From a virus: DNA of 38,776 bases. The stretch is from the IMG/VR virus record IMGVR_UViG_3300018984_000002, positions 1 through 38,776 of that record; one strand, written 5' to 3'. Below are positions 9,237 through 17,714 of this stretch, in pieces. Position numbers and translations under genes: made by a program. The notes under the pieces were generated by a model that made no database searches, was not told where the DNA came from, and worked only from the letters and a program-made list of their open reading frames with translations. Each line of letters opens with the position of its first letter. Positions within the stretch are counted from its first letter, which is position 1.

Positions 9237-9555
9237 AACTTGCAAAGCTTGTTCTGTGTATCCCTTTTGCGTAATTAGGATATACCATATCTCTAGTTAT
9301 TCTTTCTCCAGTCATTAAATCAACCTGTAAACAATCATCGTAACCATTCCAATTTTCTCTGTAACGATGCACAGAAGCACTTTTACAATCATCTGAGATA
9401 ATACAAAAACAACGTCCATAACCAAGAAAGTACTTTATGTTCGGAATCATTGTAGTAGCATAATATGCCTCTACAAACATTTCGTAGTTAGGTCTATCCC
9501 AATCATCAAAGCCAATTAAACAATTACGCCCATTAAACTTGTCAATGTGTATCAT
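9235..9555 (-). CDS. hypothetical protein
   Basis: 106-aa ORF. Confidence 0.65.
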   Translation of the reverse strand: MIHIDKFNGRNCLIGFDDWDRPNYEMFVEAYYATTMIPNIKYFLGYGRCFCIISDDCKSASVHRYRENWNGYDDCLQVDLMTGERITRDMVYPNYAKGIHRTSFAS

Positions 9556-9604
9556 TTTTTTCTGCTGCTAAAGTGTGAACATTTAGAGTTATTTACATGA
9601 GGCT

Positions 9605-9666
9605 AATTAACTCTGTCTAAAGTAATCTAAATGTTTTAATTTAAACTACTTTAGAGACAATTAATT
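9605..9666 (-). other. intergenic RNA hairpin, copy 2
   Basis: AATTAA-ctctg-TCTAAAGTA...TACTTTAGA-gacaa-TTAATT; compensatory stem changes relative to copy 1. Confidence 0.65.
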
Positions 9667-9676
9667 ACTTCGTGAA

Positions 9677-9895
9677 TTAACTGATTACCATGCTTTCTAA
9701 AACTACTTCACTAACAACCATTGTTTGGTGGTCAGGTTCAAACACACCATTTAAGCAGTAATAACGTGTTTGACTATCTATGTGATTACCCACATCTAAT
9801 CTCCAAGTAGGGTTAGTTGCAACTGCCATTAAATCGCCTTTGTTATTTCTGTATTCACGAGTAGTTGCGTTGATGTACTTTGTGGTGAATTCCAT
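9677..9895 (-). CDS. hypothetical protein
   Basis: 72-aa ORF with GGAG Shine-Dalgarno. Confidence 0.65.
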   Translation of the reverse strand: MEFTTKYINATTREYRNNKGDLMAVATNPTWRLDVGNHIDSQTRYYCLNGVFEPDHQTMVVSEVVLESMVIS

Positions 9896-9950
9896 TGTGT
9901 ATCTCCAATAATGGTGGTGTAAGCTTTAGGACTGACTATTATTTCGGACT

Positions 9951-10163
9951 CTACCAAACGTGATAAACACGACCTAATGCCCCAATTAAGCCACCAGTTA
10001 CAGTACTTAAAATCACACAACTAAAAGCCACTTTGTAACTAGGATATTTAGCGAGAGTTTTATTTGTTAAAACATATGCTAAATAACAGACTAGGAAAGT
10101 CATTAACGTTGATGCAACATTGAAGTCAGAAGTACGTAAAACATCAGCCATTAAAGTAGACAT
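9951..10163 (-). CDS. small membrane protein (2 TM)
   Basis: 70 aa with two hydrophobic segments; GAGG Shine-Dalgarno. Confidence 0.65.
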   Translation of the reverse strand: MSTLMADVLRTSDFNVASTLMTFLVCYLAYVLTNKTLAKYPSYKVAFSCVILSTVTGGLIGALGRVYHVW

Positions 10164-10353
10164 AGTAAACCTCGTAAGGAATAATCGAGCTAATTAGGCT
10201 CTATAAGTCCAGAGAAACTATAGCCCTCTTAGACTGTACAGCCTAGTGCTGTGGGCATCTGGGTGTGTAGCTCAACCTTTATGAGCCGTTCCAGATAGTG
10301 TTAGCCGTCGTCTCCTTTTGGGAATCGCAAGACCCTTCGCTTGCCATGTATTA

Positions 10354-10382
10354 AAGATACCCTTACACCATTCGTATGTCAG
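10354..10382 (-). promoter_or_regulatory. sigma70-type promoter for the leftward early arm
   Basis: CTGACA-17 nt-TATCTT on the minus strand at the divergence point. Confidence 0.55.
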
Positions 10383-10541
10383 TAGGTGGTACAAATGGCT
10401 GTAACCTATACGTGGTAAGGGTTTGAGGTGATAGGGGATTTGTTACTTTTGGTGGAAACTTTACACACTATACAAACATCTACCAATCACAACAAAAAGG
10501 TACACTTAATACATACCTTTCACCCTAATCCCACACTAAAT

Positions 10542-11315
10542 ATGCCAAGAAATGACAATAACATATCTATAGTTCCAGACCCGAATCTCATCAGTAATAC
10601 AACAGCCCCAAGCGAAGCCACAAGAGTAGGTCGTCGTCAGATAGATTGGATAACAATCGAAGCAGAATACATACACGGCAGTCTAAAAATAGACCCTGAA
10701 AGTGGTTTACGTACAATGCATTTTCCAACCAATGACGAATTAGCTGGAAAATATAGTGTACCCATATATTCTGTTAGACAAAGATGCACAGAAAATAAAT
10801 GGGTCGAACGGCGTGAGCTATACAAACAAAAAATTAAACGTGCAATTGGTCAAGAAAGAGTGCATTCATTAATGAGTGAAAGCTCACGATATGATGCAAA
10901 AAATCTTATTCTTTTAGATAGAATTTATGACCAAGTAGAAAGATGGTTAGATGCACACGAAGTCGAAGACTATGATGATGAAACAGGTAAACCCAGCATA
11001 AACCGTAACCACATGAAAGATATAGATTTAGCAATAACTATATTAAACAAAGGTCATGTGTTAGTAAGAAATATAATGGGAGAACCAATAAACGCCGAGA
11101 AAATAGTTAACGAACTAATGCAATTACAAAATGACGAACAAAAGCAAATACAAAAACAAGGTAAAAATACAAAGAAAAAGATTAACAATTTGTTAAAACA
11201 AGTAGAAGACCGTCAAGATATCCTCAACAATTTAATGACTAAAAAGCGTCAAATTGAGGGTGAAATAAAAGATGTGATGACATTAGATGTAGCAAGCACG
11301 AGTGAAAACGAGTAA
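10542..11315 (+). CDS. putative terminase small subunit
   Basis: IDWITIEAEYIHG...ELAGKYSVPIYSVRQRCTENKWVERR is an HTH-type TerS-like N-terminus; coiled-coil C-terminus; lies upstream of TerL; ATG 10542 preferred. Confidence 0.65.
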   Translation: MPRNDNNISIVPDPNLISNTTAPSEATRVGRRQIDWITIEAEYIHGSLKIDPESGLRTMHFPTNDELAGKYSVPIYSVRQRCTENKWVERRELYKQKIKRAIGQERVHSLMSESSRYDAKNLILLDRIYDQVERWLDAHEVEDYDDETGKPSINRNHMKDIDLAITILNKGHVLVRNIMGEPINAEKIVNELMQLQNDEQKQIQKQGKNTKKKINNLLKQVEDRQDILNNLMTKKRQIEGEIKDVMTLDVASTSENE

Positions 11316-12108
11316 GCAACAAACAATAACAATAATGAGTAGTCAACGAATGTTAATGAGTAATAGTAATACCAAAGAGCCTATTATTTCGGTCAGTCCT
11401 AGTCCTGGTGTTTCGCCACCACCAATAAACGTAAATTTGCGAGACAAGATATTTATTGTAGGTAGCCAATCGTTAGGTGTGCTTACGTTACTAATTTTGG
11501 TATGGGTACACAAGTACATACTGCAACCTAGATTAGCCAGTGTAAAACGCACACTGTCCTTACCACTAGAAGTAGATCGTAGTATCAACCAAATGTTGGG
11601 TAATTTGCTTGAAAAGTCCAATGCCAGTAGAGTTATGGTGGCACAATTTCACAACGGACAGAAATATTATTCGGGGTATAGTTACGAGAAACTAACAATG
11701 ACTCACGAAGCAGTAGAAAATGGTGTGTCGGCGTTTGCTCTAACATTGCGAGACATACCGCTTAGTTTTTACTCAGAAGAAATATTGTTGGCTAAGAAAA
11801 ACAAAGAATACAACAAAATCACATTTATCACGCCAGACACGTTGGTCAACAGTACGAGCAAACAACGTATGTTGCGTAATGGTGTCGAGGGTTATTACTG
11901 TTTTATGCTTCAGACTGAAATCGATGGGGAAGTGCGGGACATAGGAGTAATATTTATCCAGTATCTAGACTTACATTGTGTGCGTGAAATAACTTCTGAT
12001 ATGAGCAATTTAATTGCAACTATCGAAAGTTATCTTAGTCCTAACGAAAGTGAAAATAATGTAAGCAAACTGTTTGGCGAATTGTTCGGGGTGTTTAATA
12101 AAAAGTAA
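11302..12108 (+). CDS. single-TM + GAF-like domain protein (putative T4 T-like holin)
   Basis: One TM segment (LGVLTLLILVWV) followed by LLEKSNASRVMVAQFHNG...IGVIFIQY, a GAF-like pattern. Confidence 0.5.
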   Translation: MKTSKQQTITIMSSQRMLMSNSNTKEPIISVSPSPGVSPPPINVNLRDKIFIVGSQSLGVLTLLILVWVHKYILQPRLASVKRTLSLPLEVDRSINQMLGNLLEKSNASRVMVAQFHNGQKYYSGYSYEKLTMTHEAVENGVSAFALTLRDIPLSFYSEEILLAKKNKEYNKITFITPDTLVNSTSKQRMLRNGVEGYYCFMLQTEIDGEVRDIGVIFIQYLDLHCVREITSDMSNLIATIESYLSPNESENNVSKLFGELFGVFNKK

Positions 12109-12109
12109 T

Positions 12110-13726
12110 ATGCCTACACAACGTGAGTTACAGCGCGAACTTGAAAAAATCGAGTCAGAGATAAGGCGACTACAAGGTGAGGAAGCTGAACACGAAAGTC
12201 AGCTAGAAAGTCTGCTCACCGAAGAACTAAATATGTTGGCGGAAGGCAACCTTTATCATTTTGTGGTGGCTGCATGGCGTTATATCGCGAAAGGCGAATT
12301 CAAGGACAATTGGTATGTCGATGCTATTTGTGCCCATCTGGAGGCTTTACAGCGCGGAGAGATACGTAAATTAGCTATTGCAATCTCACCAAGGCTGGGC
12401 AAGTCCACCATTTGTAGTGTCGCGTTTCCGGTATGGTGTTGGTTACAGGACCCTGGACACACATTTATCACTGCTAGTTACGGGGCTGATCTTGCATTGC
12501 GTGATGCAGTAAAAAGTCGTAGCTTAATTACTACAAGTTGGTTTCAGAGTTTGTGGGGTGATAAGTTTCACCTTAAAAGCGGTAGTAACCAAAAAAGTAA
12601 ATACGAAAACAATTATGGCGGTTTCCGCCTAGCTACAAGCGTCGAAGGACGGGGTACTGGTGAAGGTTCTAAGTTCTTAGTAATAGATGATCCACACAAA
12701 GCACAAGAATCACAAAGTAAAGCTGCCAAAGATAATGTGGCAGATTGGTACTTTGATACTATGTCTTCTCGTTGGGAAAGCCCAGATACTTTTACTCAAC
12801 TAATCATTCACCAGCGATTAGCTGAAGACGATTTAATTGGCAGAGTATTGTTGCAAGACGAAGGTTGGGAGTATTTTGCATTACCGATTGAGTACGACCC
12901 TGACATTACTTACAGTACTTCAATTGGTTTTAGCGACCCTCGTAGAGGAGAAGGTGAGCTACTTTGTCCAAATATCTTAGATGAGAAAACAATACTATCC
13001 GAAAAGAAAAAGGGTGAATGGAGGTGGGCAAGTCAGTTTCAACAGCAACCAGTGCCCAAAGGCGGCGGGTATGTTAAGGCTGAACAGATACTAGAATATG
13101 GTCCAAATGCTTTGCCAGACCATTTTGATATGTTAATTTGTTCGTGGGACTTAGCTGAAAGCACTAAAGGGGATTATTCGGTAGGGACTGTGTGGGGCAA
13201 AATAGGCAGTAAAAAGTATCTGTTAGATTGTGTGCGTCGCAAGATGACATTTCCGCAACAAATAGAAGCTATTATCAATTTGCGATTAAAATATCCAGAT
13301 TGCCGAGGGATATTAATAGAAAAGAAAAGTAATGGTCAAGCAGCTATGGATACTTTGCAGCAATACATAAGCGGTATAGTACCAATGGAACCTAAAGAGT
13401 ATGGTGGAGATAAAGAAGTAAGATTAGAAGCTACAACACCACAATTTGAAGCAGGTAATGTATATTTTCCATTACCTAACAGTGAGAATCGTAGTTGGCT
13501 AAAAGAATGCACAGCAGAGTTATTAATGTTTCCTAAAGCTAAGAATGACGATTTTGTTGACACATTAAGCTATGCTTTGTTGTATTTAGCAAAATACGGA
13601 CAAACACTTAAACAATACGTCACGGTAGACACCAACGCTACTAAAGAAGAATCGGTAATTGATTTATTTGATGTGCGACTAATCGACAATAATGCTGGTT
13701 ATTATAATAATTTGTTTGGCAGGTAA
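12110..13726 (+). CDS. terL: terminase large subunit
   Basis: Walker A PRLGKS, Walker B LVIDD, FQQQP motif, RNase H-like nuclease SWD...DDFVD; ATG 12110 preferred. Confidence 0.93.
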   Translation: MPTQRELQRELEKIESEIRRLQGEEAEHESQLESLLTEELNMLAEGNLYHFVVAAWRYIAKGEFKDNWYVDAICAHLEALQRGEIRKLAIAISPRLGKSTICSVAFPVWCWLQDPGHTFITASYGADLALRDAVKSRSLITTSWFQSLWGDKFHLKSGSNQKSKYENNYGGFRLATSVEGRGTGEGSKFLVIDDPHKAQESQSKAAKDNVADWYFDTMSSRWESPDTFTQLIIHQRLAEDDLIGRVLLQDEGWEYFALPIEYDPDITYSTSIGFSDPRRGEGELLCPNILDEKTILSEKKKGEWRWASQFQQQPVPKGGGYVKAEQILEYGPNALPDHFDMLICSWDLAESTKGDYSVGTVWGKIGSKKYLLDCVRRKMTFPQQIEAIINLRLKYPDCRGILIEKKSNGQAAMDTLQQYISGIVPMEPKEYGGDKEVRLEATTPQFEAGNVYFPLPNSENRSWLKECTAELLMFPKAKNDDFVDTLSYALLYLAKYGQTLKQYVTVDTNATKEESVIDLFDVRLIDNNAGYYNNLFGR

Positions 13727-13771
13727 ACTATAATAGAAAAGCAAATATCCTAAATAACCACCTAACAAACA

Positions 13772-14452
13772 ATGAACAATTGCAATTACGGTATACTTTC
13801 CAATTACTCAGATAATATAGAAAACCCAACTTATGTTGGAGGATTATTTCCTAAAGGTTATTTATCAGCAGTAGTAGGAGAAAGTAGTATTGGGAAAAGT
13901 TTATTAGTATTAACAGCTACTATGCCAGGTAAAAAACACTTTTATCCAATAAATCCTTTAAAAATAAATAACTACCATCAAGTACTTCTTATTGAAACAG
14001 AAAGTAAATTACCTAGATATGTAAAATACCTAAACAAACTACAAGCTGATTTAAATTGTTATTACACACCTTATAGTAATACTAATTATCTGTGTAATTT
14101 TAATGATGAACAAGATAGACAACAGATAATATCTAGTATTAAAAGTATCCAACCAGAAGTACTTATTGTAGATAGTATTACGGCATTTTGTGAAGGTGAG
14201 ATAATACCTTATTCTTTACAGTGGTTATCTAGATTAGCTAGTAAATATAATATTGCAGTAGCAATTACAAATCTACTTGATAGAGAAATTCTAAGAAGAT
14301 ATAGTTTGATCTACAGACACTCTAAAGTTGTTTATGAAATGTCAGAACCTAATGACTCTAATAAAAAAATTAAACAGCTAACTAAATTAAAAGATATAGG
14401 TCAGGAACCAGTAGAGGTGAAAACTATATTTGAATTTCCTTATTTAGACTAA
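13772..14452 (+). CDS. RecA-like/AAA_25 ATPase (paralogue 1)
   Basis: GGLFPKG...GESSIGKS Walker A, LLIETE, LIVDS Walker B. Confidence 0.8.
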   Translation: MNNCNYGILSNYSDNIENPTYVGGLFPKGYLSAVVGESSIGKSLLVLTATMPGKKHFYPINPLKINNYHQVLLIETESKLPRYVKYLNKLQADLNCYYTPYSNTNYLCNFNDEQDRQQIISSIKSIQPEVLIVDSITAFCEGEIIPYSLQWLSRLASKYNIAVAITNLLDREILRRYSLIYRHSKVVYEMSEPNDSNKKIKQLTKLKDIGQEPVEVKTIFEFPYLD

Positions 14453-14473
14453 AGTAGTTTCTTAAAACTACTG

Positions 14474-14505
14474 AAAAGAGATGTATTTGTGGTACATCTC
14501 TTTTT
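14474..14505. terminator. bidirectional intrinsic terminator
   Basis: AAAAGAGATGTA/TACATCTCTTTT perfect stem between convergent genes. Confidence 0.8.
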
Positions 14506-14507
14506 AT

Positions 14508-14789
14508 TTAAATTAAATGTGTATACTCACTTAAGAAATGAGGTTTATGTTTAGGTAATTCAAATGTTGCCCAATCTTCAGGTTGTTTAACTCTTAAAAT
14601 TTCTAGCATTTCTTCTGGAGATTTATTCTCACATAAAGCATAGCAATTTAAATAATCTATTTGATATCTAAATAACCATACTTTATGTTCTTGATCCCAC
14701 ATACCATTTGATGCCGCAATATCTTTACGATAACTGTAAGTATTACGATGTTTTAATTCCCATACACCAGGATAGTTTTTGCTTTTCAT
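14508..14789 (-). CDS. hypothetical protein
   Basis: 93 aa; NTYSYRKDIAASNGMWDQEHKVW resembles short 'G..W....K.W' phage domains. Confidence 0.65.
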   Translation of the reverse strand: MKSKNYPGVWELKHRNTYSYRKDIAASNGMWDQEHKVWLFRYQIDYLNCYALCENKSPEEMLEILRVKQPEDWATFELPKHKPHFLSEYTHLI

Positions 14790-14793
14790 AATA

Positions 14794-15675
14794 TTATTTT
14801 TTACGTTTTCTTTTGACCCAATTGATTAGGTTGTAAATAGTTTGATTAGGTTCTTTCTGCTGTATTAGTAATGCTATCTGCTTATCCGACTTAGTTATAT
14901 TATCTGCATATATTTTATTTCGGACTCCTTTAGTCCCAGTTTCTATTTGTTGTTCGGCGATATCTGCAAAAACTATCTGATTATTTTTAACTGTAAATTT
15001 GTGAACAGTAGTATCTAAATTATTTAAATTATTTTTTATTTGATAAAGCTTTCTTAGTAAGGTATCTTCTTTTTCTAATGCCCAAATTAGTTGCGGTAAT
15101 TGGTTATAAGTTGAATGACCCCGAATATTGTTAACAGATATTCTTTTGTTAACTAAAGTTTTATTTAAGTAATGGGTACATACTACAGCTATATTAAATT
15201 GTTCTGCAATATCAGCCAATACACACATACCTGGACCAACAGCAACTGTATTCTCATCTACTCCCATATTAAAACCCAATAAACTATCCACAATAATTAA
15301 TTCAGGTGGTCTGGCTTCAATGTCCGAATAAATAGCCTTGATGTCTTCTTTGTTATTGCCATTGATTGTATCGTTAATTGTTTTTGGAATATAATACCGA
15401 CTCATATTAGCTTCTAGATTAACTAGTCGTCTTATCCAGTCGCGTTTGCGGCTTTCTGTCTCTATTAACATTACGTAGCCTTGATCTGTAACGTAATGAT
15501 TGCCAGGTAATAAACTTTTACCTGCCGTAACTGCCAAACTAGCATGAAGCATTAATTCTGTTTTACCAATATCTCCTTCTGCAACAATCATAGATAACTT
15601 TCCTTTAGGAAATAATCCACCAATGTATTGTGTATCATTATCCATATCATTTACATATTCACTCAAATATTTCAT
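14794..15675 (-). CDS. RecA-like/AAA_25 ATPase, RepA-helicase-like (paralogue 2)
   Basis: GGLFPKG...AEGDIGKT Walker A, MLIETE, IIVDS Walker B, THYLNK, RG, KNN motifs. Confidence 0.85.
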   Translation of the reverse strand: MKYLSEYVNDMDNDTQYIGGLFPKGKLSMIVAEGDIGKTELMLHASLAVTAGKSLLPGNHYVTDQGYVMLIETESRKRDWIRRLVNLEANMSRYYIPKTINDTINGNNKEDIKAIYSDIEARPPELIIVDSLLGFNMGVDENTVAVGPGMCVLADIAEQFNIAVVCTHYLNKTLVNKRISVNNIRGHSTYNQLPQLIWALEKEDTLLRKLYQIKNNLNNLDTTVHKFTVKNNQIVFADIAEQQIETGTKGVRNKIYADNITKSDKQIALLIQQKEPNQTIYNLINWVKRKRKK

Positions 15676-15690
15676 TATTGCTCTTTATTA

Positions 15691-15814
15691 ATTATCAGTT
15701 ATTACAATTATACTATATATAATATAGAAAACTGATAAATAAAATGATAGCCTTACCACATAAGGGTTTCAGGCTATCAAAATTGATAAATTATCAGTTT
15801 GGGTTTGATAAATT
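15691..15814. repeat. TGATA(A) repeat cluster around a CCTTAC-N-TAAGG palindrome; candidate origin or operator
   Basis: About 7 TGATA/TATCA copies in both orientations around GATAGCCTTACCACATAAGGGTTTCAGGCTATC. Confidence 0.5.
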
Positions 15815-15870
15815 TAATAATCTGTCCTCTTACACTACAATAAGTAATTAGTACTACTAGTTATTTATTC

Positions 15871-16251
15871 ATGTATTACTTAAGTGACATCTCAGAATTT
15901 GCTCGTAAGAAAGGTAGTAAAGATAAGCAAAAAAGAAAAGTAGGATTATTTGACACCAATAAACCAAGTGTTGTTGGTCAAAAGTCTTTTAAGTTTGGAC
16001 CAAAAAAAGGTAAATATATGAGTAAAGCTCAGGGAGCAGGGTGGGTTGGTTTAGGCACAACATTGGGTAGTGTTGTGGGAGGTACACTTGGTTTAGGCAA
16101 TATGCTGGTTAACAAAAAATACAGTACAAAAGGTATGTTGTCTACTGTAGGAACTGGTGCAGCATTAGGAGCAGCATTAGGTGGTGGAAGTGTATACAAC
16201 GAACACCGTAACAGTAAATACAGTTCACTATATAAAGGTAAAAAGAAATAA
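15871..16251 (+). CDS. basic Gly-zipper protein, leader family
   Basis: MYYLSDISEF-ARKKGSKDKQKRK; two GxxxG-rich hydrophobic helices. Confidence 0.8.
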   Translation: MYYLSDISEFARKKGSKDKQKRKVGLFDTNKPSVVGQKSFKFGPKKGKYMSKAQGAGWVGLGTTLGSVVGGTLGLGNMLVNKKYSTKGMLSTVGTGAALGAALGGGSVYNEHRNSKYSSLYKGKKK

Positions 16252-16284
16252 CTTAAAATTAATATAATTATTACTAACAATCTT

Positions 16285-17202
16285 ATGTATTATTTATCAG
16301 ATATTAGTGAAGCACAGTTTGCAAGAAAAAAAGGATCTAAAGATAAAAGGAAAAGAAAAGGTAAATCGCTACTAAAAGGTGCAGCAATTGGAACATTGGC
16401 GTTAGGAGCTTTAGGGTTAGGTGCTTATGCATTAGCTAAAGGAAAAAGATTACCAATTAAAAATCAACCTATAACTGTTAACTCGCCAATTGACAAAATT
16501 CCTATTACTCCGGAAATGATAAAAGATCAAGAAAAAACAAAAACATATTTAAGACGCTCAAAACTTATGAGCAGAGAATTAAAACAAATGGGTAAGCCTA
16601 ATGTATCTAAAATTCAAACACAAAGAGACAGATTAAATAAAGCATTAAAAAAAGTAAGAAATGATCCAAAATTAAACACTGAAGCTAAAGTAAGAATAGA
16701 AAGTAAAATAAAAAAACGTATTAAGTCTAATCAACAATTACAAAGAACAGCTGCTTTAAATGCTGTTAAAAACAATGCAGATTATAGTTTATTTTTAGGG
16801 GATTATGTAGCACAATTTGCAAGGAAGAAAGGTAGTAAAGATAAAAAGAAAAGACAAAGTAAATTAGGTAAATTCCTTAATGGAGAGTTAAACGCTAAAA
16901 CTGGTAAACGTAATGTCACACTAAGAGAACCTGTTATTAAACGTGCTGCTGTAGGAGCCGGAGTTGGGGCAGCTGGTTTAAGTACTTTAGGTTTAACTAA
17001 AGGAATTGAACTAATAAAACAAGCTCCTCACTTAAATAAACAAGCAGCTAAAAGATTAATAATGGGTAATACCAAATTAGGTTTAATAGCAGGGGGAATA
17101 GTTGGAGGAACACTAGGAGCTGGTTTAGGAGTAGTAAAATATGTGGGTAGAAAAAATACTTTAAAAGATGTTAAGCGCTACGAAATAAAAGCTAAAAAAT
17201 AG
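16285..17202 (+). CDS. basic Gly-zipper protein, leader family (two tandem modules)
   Basis: MYYLSDISEAQF-ARKKGSKDK and an internal ADYSLFLGDYVAQF-ARKKGSKDK. Confidence 0.8.
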   Translation: MYYLSDISEAQFARKKGSKDKRKRKGKSLLKGAAIGTLALGALGLGAYALAKGKRLPIKNQPITVNSPIDKIPITPEMIKDQEKTKTYLRRSKLMSRELKQMGKPNVSKIQTQRDRLNKALKKVRNDPKLNTEAKVRIESKIKKRIKSNQQLQRTAALNAVKNNADYSLFLGDYVAQFARKKGSKDKKKRQSKLGKFLNGELNAKTGKRNVTLREPVIKRAAVGAGVGAAGLSTLGLTKGIELIKQAPHLNKQAAKRLIMGNTKLGLIAGGIVGGTLGAGLGVVKYVGRKNTLKDVKRYEIKAKK

Positions 17203-17261
17203 TCCGAAATAATAAGGGTTTAGCTACCAATTAAACTGTTACCCCTTATATTTTCGGACTC
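17201..17261. repeat. inverted pair of the dispersed TTTCGGAC motif
   Basis: AGTCCGAAATAATAAGGG...CCCTTATATTTTCGGACT between convergent genes. Confidence 0.8.
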
Positions 17262-17279
17262 TTATTGTATTTATTTTTC

Positions 17280-17627
17280 CTAATCAACCAATATATCTTT
17301 ATTCTCTTGTCTAGTGCCTCCTTTTTCTACTAGTTGTTTAAACTTTTCTCCACTACGGAATGTGGGTACTTGGTGAGTTGGAATGTAGTAACTTTGATTC
17401 TTAATAGGATCTTTACCATTACGCTCTTTAAACGTATAGCTGTCATAAGTACCGTGTCCATATATACTTACACGCTCACCACTAGCCACAGTGGTATGAA
17501 TCATATATAAAAAAGAATTCAAAATAAACTTAATCTTGTGCCGTGCAATCTTTTCTCCATACTCACGGTATGTTTTTTCTTGCAACATACATACTAAATC
17601 GTCAATTGTCTTTGAGTTAATGTTCAT
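17280..17627 (-). CDS. HU/IHF family DNA-binding protein
   Basis: GERVSIYGHGTY...ERNGKDP...IPTHQVPTFRSGEKFKQLV matches the HU/IHF arm pattern; ATG 17627 preferred. Confidence 0.85.
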   Translation of the reverse strand: MNINSKTIDDLVCMLQEKTYREYGEKIARHKIKFILNSFLYMIHTTVASGERVSIYGHGTYDSYTFKERNGKDPIKNQSYYIPTHQVPTFRSGEKFKQLVEKGGTRQENKDILVD

Positions 17628-17714
17628 GGCTAAATAGTAATCTGGGATAGTCGTAATTATAACAGGTAAACACAAATGATTTAGTATTAGTAAATATACT
17701 AGAGTTCATTATTT

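Noticed and set aside
10200-10430. tRNA or known ribozyme in the structured GC-richer intergenic region
   Set aside because: No cloverleaf with a TTCGA T-loop and no hammerhead core recognised
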